Of a stretch of DNA of 64,000 nucleotides, positions 52,201 through 59,600 are shown piece by piece. Origin of the DNA: Myxococcota bacterium (GTDB lineage Bacteria; Myxococcota_A; UBA796; CAJQPC01); contig JAZAMN010000030.1 of NCBI GenBank assembly GCA_036229005.1, positions 32,001 through 96,000 of the forward strand, in the 5' to 3' direction. The translations under genes and the position numbers were made by a program. Under the pieces are notes generated by a model that was not told where the DNA came from, made no database searches, and worked only from the letters and a program-made list of their open reading frames with translations. Each line of letters opens with the position of its first letter. Within the stretch, counting starts at the first letter, position 1.

Positions 52201-53673
52201 GCTGTCCAGTCCCTGGCTGCCGAGGGAGGGGTACCAGACCAGCCGGTCGCCGTGGTCGACGACCAGTTCTGGCCGGCCGTCTCCGTCCAGGTCCACCCAC
52301 TGGGCGCGGGAGGTGATCGGGTCGGCGTGGGCGACGCTGCGGAAGAAGCTGTAGGGGGACCACTGGCCGCTGTGGCGGTCGCGGCTGTAGTGGCCGGCCT
52401 GGGGACCAGCCAGGTGGCTGAGGTCGATGTTGCCGTCGGCGTCGCTGTCCGTGACGACGGCGACCGCGACGTGGCGGGGGAGCTCAGGGACGATGGACTC
52501 GGGGCCGAAGCGGCCGCCGCCCAGGTTCTCGCGGAAGAGCCAGGCGCCGCGGTGCCGACGGAGCAGGCCGGGGAGGCCGGTGCCCAGCAGATCCACCCAC
52601 TGACCGGTGGTCTGGGTCCCGGTGTCCTCGAAGGTGGACTGGGGCTCTGGGGGTGTGGTGGTGAACTGGAGCGTGGGGGTGGGGACGGAAGTCGTGGACG
52701 CCCCATTCCACCTCCTCCCCTGGAAACGCAGGCTCTGCAGCTCGGCGCCGGCGGGGCTGAGGCTGTGGGTGAGCAGGTGCTCGCCGACGATGCGGGGGCC
52801 CCCGAGCTCGGGGAAGTCGTGGACGACCAGGATGCGGCGGCAGAGGCGCCAGGTGCGGACCTCGTAGCCGGGGCGGTAGGTCGAGAAGGGATCTGTGCGG
52901 GCGGGCCAGTCGCCGGAGGGGCCGGTGGCGAGGCCGTCGTCGTCCTGCTGGTCGCCCCAGTCGAGCAGGACCTGGAAGCGCCAGTCTGTGTCGGGTTCGC
53001 TGAGGGCGTCGACGGGGCGGGTGTTGCCGTAGAGGATTCGCTGGGGGTAGCGCTGGGGGAAGGCGCCCTGGGCGATGCGGGCGCGCTCGGCGGGGCTGTC
53101 GGCGGGGAGGTTGCGGGTGTCCTCGGCGCGGTACTCGACACAGATGGCGTTGCCGAGCTCGTCCACCCGGCGCTCGAGCAGCCAGCGCCAGGTGTCGCTG
53201 GGGGCGTCCGGGTGGTGGATGCGGGCGCTGCGGCCGTAGATCTCCAGGTGGCCATTGGGGCTGTAGACGCGCCAGTGGTCCTGGCCGTCGGGGGCGATCC
53301 AGCGCTCGAAGCGCTGGCGGGTGTCGTCGATCTCCAGGGCGTGGATCTGTACCAGGTGCTCGCCGTCCTGGCGGCTTGAGAGCAGGACGAGGCGCTGTCC
53401 CCGGGCGTCGGCGTAGGTCCTGGGTTTGTCGGGGGCGGGCAGGCCATCTCGGGTGTCTACGCCGATGAATGGCAGGCCGGCGAGACTCCAGCCCCGGCCG
53501 AAGGGGGAGGGGCCGCTGCCGGAGCGGACCAGGGCCAACCCGGGGCCCATGCCGTCGCGCCCTTCGGGGAGGCGGAGCGGGACCCGGACCGTGACCCCAC
53601 CACGCACCCGGTCCACCTGGACGCTGTGGTCCAGGCGGAGCAGTCCGGGGTCGAAGCTGGGGAGGTCGAACAC
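46297..53673 (-). CDS. Fused TcB-TcC toxin complex subunit (SpvB-like N-terminus, FG-GAP propeller, RHS repeats and core) with C-terminal REase-fold toxin
   Basis: PEGRDG and SPFGRGW, DPFSTYRPGYEVRTWRLCRR, DLDGDG and DMSGDG repeats, YEEYLPYG, YRYSGK, GLYYYGYRYY, WLSPDPAG, NPMRFVDPDG. Tip has IWADG...LEAK...EIRRY (Tox-REase-2-like). Confidence 0.88.
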   Translation of the reverse strand: MFDLPSFDPGLLRLDHSVQVDRVRGGVTVRVPLRLPEGRDGMGPGLALVRSGSGPSPFGRGWSLAGLPFIGVDTRDGLPAPDKPRTYADARGQRLVLLSSRQDGEHLVQIHALEIDDTRQRFERWIAPDGQDHWRVYSPNGHLEIYGRSARIHHPDAPSDTWRWLLERRVDELGNAICVEYRAEDTRNLPADSPAERARIAQGAFPQRYPQRILYGNTRPVDALSEPDTDWRFQVLLDWGDQQDDDGLATGPSGDWPARTDPFSTYRPGYEVRTWRLCRRILVVHDFPELGGPRIVGEHLLTHSLSPAGAELQSLRFQGRRWNGASTTSVPTPTLQFTTTPPEPQSTFEDTGTQTTGQWVDLLGTGLPGLLRRHRGAWLFRENLGGGRFGPESIVPELPRHVAVAVVTDSDADGNIDLSHLAGPQAGHYSRDRHSGQWSPYSFFRSVAHADPITSRAQWVDLDGDGRPELVVDHGDRLVWYPSLGSQGLDSPRVLPHPAGAPNLRQSAQQHSHFADMSGDGLPDLVQISPGRVTYWPNLGHGRFGAPVEMEDAPFLPDRSRVLWVDTTRSGTADCVVVDAQQVLVYANQRGNGFGAPTVLRGVPRVAQLQDLRVADFYGDGGRCLVWQRPGQSTQVLRLDQGAGAGRLSRVSDGAGVETEIAWRSSAQDFVRDADSARPWRTRLPHHQSVVASLTRIEGVSGARYPTEFTWRDGHFDDHQRSFVGFGQVESGPPPDPDDPSPRALTRSWIHLGIEPRVDREQDFYSGDPGHSRLPLASVQDVPDPTKAQQAWRALAGRVWRQERYAVSPDGSVSEHPLDTTESAWVVHGHGATLRPQQTQQLSHDYQEQPTDPRVQHQLTLETDAHGAATRTATVHYPRRTPEQPGQDTLDIELSEQVYAHVDAEQRLLLDSLVSQRRYTLDSPSASGLLSPDSAVFSGPKTLFSASRTHYWDDTQTAAATAPGLPRLVHHVDVAAFPEGADFWDGQLDSTALSDAGYLLEEGLWWAPGPVRHTSGAFHRLSHTHALDASEVTLAWDADALFTVAQTDELGHTWTRSVDPQSLQPRAVTDPNGNQTQIRFDALGQPIAATLVGTRTGLDGAVHDEGGGDWTPVSLSAALDDPHSAIGDASQVTLYDATRYERGDGPVRWLSLARREHLNDGEGGRTAAQATATLRYLDGLGQPVQIRSLAAPGPAVDASGSSLVADPRWHVSGHQHRDGVGQVIREHEPFFSDTSDYQDDAALQSFGQAIERRWDALGRQIATSRPDGTQTRQDHSPWRTERFDANDLVVGSGWETWVGTLPSDDPHREALRQAQTHAQTPVVQHLDGRGRVVAITESDGTQTRQERTRYGPHDQPLSQEDARGLEATRWERDLSGQALVEHSMDAGTQRIFLDALGREHTRWTASGEELRSTWDTRGQPLERRVDGRLVERWVYGEDTLTQTNAVGRLVEHWDGAGRHRVSSYDALGNALVTSTALRVQSGVVDWGVDTVETDLIETRIRFDALGRARWKQLPDGSERTLDWDPLGQAITLSATLDGSTTDYIQEADYNARGQRARVLYGNGVQAQWAFDPKSFRLSALTASSDTRSYLDIRYTWDPAGNLVHLVDKNQDPGVSDALLQGASVSSAQTFTYDAWYRLRSATGRVHQALLPYETLPGGHTTGRKGTQHLTLNNGAALERYTRSYDYDLAGNLLKTRHAGTSGAWTRELTVSSSSNRSILSVGPDGLPTGSVDSAFDSAGRRSSLPNLRAMDWDHAGQLMRAVIIERTGEPDDDETYTYASSGQRVRRLTQRKVGDSLERIETVYLHGCERRRIYSGDTLILERWTSRIEDQGQRLALVHRWSLDSRGRESADLSTRVHYQIGNHLGSVSLELDADGAIISYEEYLPYGGSAFIAGDRVKEVDLKEYRYSGKIRDDATGLYYYGYRYYAVWIGNWLSPDPAGGVDGMNLYRFVRNNPMRFVDPDGLDSFDSWGVNYDPADGWTAERVKAAYNASGGEYVITGQVRLVGSRWVVDEFARVPRQQSVEDFEIAQSAGILGALNSGEVDLGDSTGIPGLGGQGEQGDGQDGDSQEGQEGGQGEAQEGEAAGESGDGENTSKQGAPNGDPEGTDPDSEDTRGSTTDPTLPPTEETRQGNTDQAVPPPPLDAPLSEDGQAYDPTKGYGGRGERGEQARVGEGSDSASGPQGEETKEGQEFEETWLDTAVTIAGYLNLEFGDGDPDGDRYGLPGGWLGWIPGSRFSQGVYVAASAVMAVVTVVELATGVGEAKLALKGGIAVVRAVGLKGAAKLFWDDAIKKAASLGGMLLRRNKDEAAEGAEAAARIAEFEAYIDGLPSKPTPSNTAQDLYEIAQTGPDNYLISGGGERIWADGLDATQQAALEAKSLVNPGRSPFIPGSAAPPFIRAKITGQVAEEIRRYGAVIADDSNPVRQLIVRVSDSRAVPFFEDLMTRFRVPGRVEVR

Positions 53674-56600
53674 TCAGTCCACCGTGTACTGGAGGACCAG
53701 GAGCAGGTCGTGGAGCTTGTCGGGGTCGGCGGTCCAGGCGCCGGTCGCATCGGCGAGGTCGCCCGCGTCGTCCAGGGAGAGGCTGCGGGTCCCGCGGACA
53801 GGGCCGCTCAGGGAGGCGGTCGCGGTGGGGAGGCCGCCGTAATCGCTGCCGGTGGAGAAGCTGGCGGCGCTGCCGTCGACGGACAATGAGAAGGCGCCGG
53901 GGCTGTCGTCGACGACCAGGACCCACTGGGCGGAGTCCAGCGTGAGGGGCTGGCCGCGCAGGTAGCCGGGCAGGTGCTGGTCGCCGATCTCCAGGTCTAC
54001 AGGCGTGCCGGGGGCCGCGCGCATCAGGCGCTGGAAGGTGCTGGAGAGGTCCTGCCGCAGGGAGAGGATGCGGGTGGAGGGATCTGCCCGCAGGGCGCTT
54101 GCCAGCACACCGTCTTCGGCCTCGACGGCCTCGCGCAGGACCCCGTCCGCATCGGCTTCATAGCTGACATCAACGAGGACATCGGTGATGCTGCGGTAGT
54201 CGAAGGTCCGGAAGCGCTTGGGCAGCTCCAGGCGCCAACTGCTCAGGGCGCCGGCGCCCTCGAAGGGCAGGGTGCGCTCGCTGCGGAAGCTGAGCTCGAA
54301 GACGCCGGCGTCGCCCTGGGCGGTGCTGGTGGCGACCGCGGAGCCAACCCCCGCGCTGACCGACTGGAGGCCGGCGTCGCCGGTGGTGGGCTCGGGGCGG
54401 ATCTGACTGTCGAGCAGGGTGAGGGTGGCGCTGACGGAGGTGTAGGGCCCGGTCACGCAGGGGAGCGTGAGGCGCACCGCGCGCAGGCGACGGGCGTAGT
54501 GGCCGGGGTAGTGCAGGTCAAAGTGGCGCTCGGCCAGGGTGAACTCGCAGGCGCCGGTCTCGCGCAGCTCGATGAGGGCCTGGGGGTCGAGCTGGGAGAG
54601 GGCCAGGGTCTGGGAGAGTTCCAGGCGGCGGGTGGTGGTCTGGGCGTAGCGTTGCTCCATCTGGGCCAGGGCGAGTTGGAGTCGCTCGCCGGAGAGCAGG
54701 CCTGCGCGGGTGGCGTCCCAGAGGGCGGCGCTCAGGAAGCTGCGGTCGTCGTCGCGCTCGAAGCGGTAGGCGGCCTGGGCCATCTGCGCGGAGCTCAGCG
54801 CGACCTGCCAGGCCTCGCGGAAGAGGGTCTGGAGCTGTTGGGCGCGCCAGTCCAGGAGCTCGGAGTTGGTGAAGCGGCCCTCGAAGAGCTCCAGGACTTC
54901 GTCCACCTGCTCGATGCGCTGGGTGTGGGCGTCCAGGGCGCGCTCGGCGATCTCGGCGCGGAGCTCGGCGGCGGCGAGCTGGGGCTCGAGCTCGGCCAGC
55001 TCCCGCTCGGCCTGGGCCTGGGAGAAGCTCCAGCCCTCCTGGCGGCGGGTCCAGGTGGCGAAGAGGCCCATGGCGGTGGCCTCGGAGTCGTTGGCGGCGG
55101 CGTAGGCGTTCTCGTGCCCGGCGATGGCCTCGGCCGCGGCGCCGAGCTGCTTGCCGCCGAAGGTGATGGCGGTGGGGGAGCCCAGGTTGGGGATCAGGCG
55201 GAGGATGCTGGCCGCCAGGCCCAGGTTGGCGGCGCGGGAGCGGCCGGCGGAGGCCCGAAGTCGCATCAGCGCCTGGTTGGTCTCCAGCTCGCTCAGGCCG
55301 GTGTCCAGCAGGCCGGTGTAGTGGTCCAGGCGGGCCTGAGCGGAGGCGACCCGCTGCTCCAGGGCGCTGACCGCGTACTGGGCGACGGAGAGCTGCTGCT
55401 CTCGGCTCTTGGTGGCCAGAGCCAGGGCGTCGGACTGGTGGACCTGCTGGAGCTGCGCGAGCTCCTGGGCGTCGCGGCGCTCGAGGGCGGCGTAGAGGGC
55501 GGCGCCGAAGCCCTGGACCAGGCTGGCGTGGCGGCGGGCCAGCTCCAGCACCACGGGGAAGCGCAGGGGCGGGACCCCGCTGGAGAGGCCGGCGACCACG
55601 TCGCCCAGGTCCAGGCCCATCGCGGCGGCGCGGGCCAGCAGCATGGGGTCGATGAAGGGGGCGAAGAGCGCGAGCTGGCGCTTGACCCCGTCGATGTCCA
55701 TGCAGTTGCGGAGCTTGTACAGCCGGTCGGCGACGGTGTCCCAGCGGGCGAGCATCTTGTCGTCGTTGGGGACGCAGAACACCAGCTCGAGCTGGGTGGC
55801 GAAGTCGGCGCCTGGGGCCCAGCTCCCCGGGCCGGGGCGCTGGGTGTGCTTGCCCTGGGTGACCTTTCCGGCCTGGGCCTTGGTGCCCAGCAGGCCCGCG
55901 AGCTTGAGGGAGCCGAGCTGTGCCTTGCCCGCGGTGGCCTTGGTTGGGGTGGCCCCGCGGAGGGACTGGAGGGCGATCTTGCGGGAGACGCCGCCCGCGC
56001 GACCGGCCTGGAGGCGGCTCACGAAGCTCTCCCACTTGGTGCCCATGAGCCAGCGCTCGACCTCCAGCAGCAGCTCGGAGCTCCCGAGCTTGTCCTCCAG
56101 GCCTCCGTAGGTCCGGGAGCCGGCGGTCTCGCCGCACTCGCCGACCTGGGCGGGGCGCTCCCCCAGGATGGACTCGGCCATCACGTAGTAGAGGGTGGCC
56201 TCGGCCACGGACTCGCGCGTGAACTGGGTGAAGAGCTGGTCGCCGGTGCCCAGCAGGTTGTCCACCAGGCCGTACACGCAGGCCTTCTGGTAGGCGGTCA
56301 GGCGCGTCCGGGCGATGGCGTGGGGGTTGAAGGGGTCCTCGGCGTAGTCGGCGAGCGCGGTGGGGTCGGTGAGCCGGTCCCGCAGGGTGTCGGGGGCCAG
56401 CTCACGGAACTCGCGGTAGCGCCAGGCGCGCTGGGTGTCGTCGCTGTCGCTGGCGTGGGCCTTGGCGGTGGGGTCGAACACCACGTTCCACCAGCGGCGG
56501 CCGGCCTCGAAGTCGCCGGCGTCGTCCAGGTGCTGGGCCAGCAGCATGGGCAGGTGCAGGTAGAGCTCGCGCAGGTAGACGCCCATGGGGCCGGTCCAGT

Positions 56601-59600
56601 CGACCTGTCCGGAGCAGGTGGCGTCGTGGACCACGTCGGCGTCGATCTTGAAGGCGGGCAGGCCGGTGGATCCGACCACGGTGTCCTCGCCGAGGCCGAG
56701 CTGTGTCTGGAGTGAGAGCAGCCCATCGACCCCGGAGGTGAAGAGGGTCTTGGAGAGGCCACCGGCCAGGCTCGTCCCCAGGCGCTGGATGTGGAAGCGG
56801 CCGTCAGCCCGGGCGCCGTCCTGGAGCAGGAAGAGCTCGTTCTGATAGGCGATCACCATGTCCTGGGGGGAGCCGGTGATGGGGAGCAGGCGGATTCCGG
56901 CGTCCTCCTTGAAGGTGCCGACCAGGTTCCGCTCCATGCCGGTCTTGATGTAGGCGGTGACGACGGGGTCCCACCAAGGGGTCTCGCTGCCGTCCGGGTA
57001 GGCCTTCATGGTGGAGGCGTAGTGGTCGACGGTCTCCTGGCGGGCGTGGATGAAGGCCCAGACCTCGTTCTCCATCAGGGGGATCTGGGGGTCGCCGTAG
57101 TAGAGGCCGCGGGCGTCGGCTTCGGGGCGGCTCCAGAGGATGCGGTCGGAGGAGAAGGTCAGGTCGGAGGCACCCAGGCTCAACAACCAGGCGATCAGGG
57201 CCTGCGCGGGATCCTTGGCGGGGACGCCGTAGTCGAGGTCACCGTGGTCGCGGGTGAAGATGCGCGGGCCCAGGCTCTTGGTGTAGAGGTCCACGCCGGA
57301 GATGGTCTGGAAGTCGCGGCAGCGCAGCAGGATGCGGTTGCCCTTGGAGACGTGGATGCGGTCCCAGCCCACCCCGCGCAGGGTGTAGTTGTCGATGGGC
57401 TCGTTGTGGGCCAGCTCGGCGTAGAGGGGGCCGATCTTGTCGGCGTCGGGGATGGGGAGCTCAAAACCCAGGACGCTGAGGCTGTCGAAGCCGCGGGTGA
57501 CCTTGTAGTCGTCGATGACGCCGGGGTGAGCGGCCTCGAAGGGGGCTCCGTCCAGGGTGAGCTCCTGGGGCGCGGTCCAGGTGCTGTCGGCCTTGAGGCG
57601 GGCGTACTCGACGCGCATCTGGTGGCGGTAGCCGCGGAACTTGGAGCTGCCGTCCTCGAAGGCCTGGACGGGCTTGGTCTCGTAGCGGTGCCAGAAGAGG
57701 TGGAGGCGGCCGTCGTGGACGATGGGGGAGACCTCGCGGCCCGGGATCTTGAGGTCCAGGGGCTCCCAGGCGCGCCAGCGCACGCTGCGGTCGTCTTCGC
57801 TCAGGGCGTGCCGGGTGTTCTCGACGCGGCGGTAGTACCAGCGGGGCGGGTCTGCGGTGGTGGTGGCGAAGAGGTGCAGCACGTCGGTGCGGGCGTCTTC
57901 GTCGATCTCGCGGCAGGCGCCGCCGATCTGCAGTTCGGCGAGCTCTTCGAAGCCGGCCAGGTAGGTGGCGTAGGCCTGCTCGACGGCCTCTTCGGTGATG
58001 TCGCTGGAGAGCAGCTCGGACTCGATGCGCTCGAAGAGGGCGGTCTTGTTGTCCCGCAGCGAGGGCAGCAGGTAGCTCTCGGGGAAGAGGAAGATGAGCC
58101 GGTTGGCCTGCCAGAGGCGGTATTGGCGGCGCCACTCCCACTCGGCGGTGGGGATCAGGTCGACGTCCAGGGAGACGGGGTCGGGGGCGTCGCTGGGGCT
58201 GCGCTCCAGGCCGAGCAGGATGCGCTGGACGTAGAGCTGCAGGGAGTTGGTCGCCTGGACGATGCGGGAGGTGCGCGCGCAGCCGGAGACCTGGGTGTCC
58301 AGGAGGGTGGCGTCGTAGAGGTCGGTGGCGCTGTCGAACTGGGGGGCGCCGCTGTGCAGCAGCCAGTCGACCAAGGCGTCGCGGCGGGCCTCCAGCAGGG
58401 CGTCGCGGATGGGCTCCCAGGCCTCGTCGAAGGCCGTGGTGTCCTCGCTTGCGGCGCGCAGTGCGGCCAGGAGGCTGGCGCTGGCCCTGGCCAGCGTGGC
58501 GGGATCGCTGTCGGAGAGTTGGGCCAGGGTGTCGGCGGCGAGCCCCAGCTCCTCTGCCAAAGAGACCGCCTGCTTGAGGGCGCTCAGGTCGACAAGCGCG
58601 CTGCCCTGGGTGGGGAGGACGCGCGCGAGGCCCTGGGCCAGGGTGGGGTTGGAGCCAAGGGCGATGCCGAGGGCTTCCGGATCGCTGTCGGCGTAGCCTG
58701 CGTCCCAGGCGTCGAGGGCGTCGTGGAGGGCCTGGGCGTCGCCTGGGTGGAGGTCCAGGTAGAGGGCGATGTGGTGGGCGTCGTCCACCGTGGGGGCGCT
58801 GGGGTCGCTGAGCCCGAGGAGGGTGGGGGTGGCGGCCAGGTCGAGGAGGGTCTCGGCGTCGAAGCGGGCGTCGCTCAGGAGGAGGGAGAGGCGCCAGAGG
58901 CTGGTGGTGAGGGCCTCCAGGCCGCTGCGATCGCCGCCGAGCAGGGCGTCCTGGTGGTCGCCGAGGTCTGCCCCCAGCACAGCGAGCAGGCCGTCGAGGG
59001 CTTCGGAGTCGCAGTCGACGCTGGCGGGGAGCACGGAGCGAAGCAGGGTTGTGGCGTGGCGGGTGAGCAGGGCCTGGTGGAGCTCGATGGGATCGACGCT
59101 GGCGCCGGTGGGGGGGCTGGGGATGGCGCTGGGGTCGAAGTCGGCGTTGAGGATCCAGCCGTCGGCGGTGGACTCGGCGCCGGTGAGGGCCTCCAGGAAG
59201 CTCTGGGCCTGGGTCTCGCTGAGGCCCTCGAGGACAGCCAGGGAGGCGCTCTCGAAGGACAGGGAGCTCTCCAGCTCGACGATCATGGCGTCGACGGCGG
59301 ACTCTGCGTCCAGGGACTCCAGGCCGGTGATGGCCTCGAGGTCGGACAGGGACCAGGTGCTCCAGTCGTGGAGGTCCAAGGCGGCGCTGAGGGCCTCTGC
59401 ATCCAGGACGGGCCCCTGCGCGAGGCTCAGGAGGCTGAACAGCTCGGCGGGGTCCAGGTCCAGGCTGTCGGCGAGCAGGGCGTGGCGGTAGAGGAGGCTG
59501 AGGTTCTCCCGACTCAGGGCGAAGGCCACATCGCCAGCGTCCAGGTCCAGCCCCAGCGGCTCGGCGAGGCCAAGGACCAGGGCCTCCAGGCCTTCTTCGT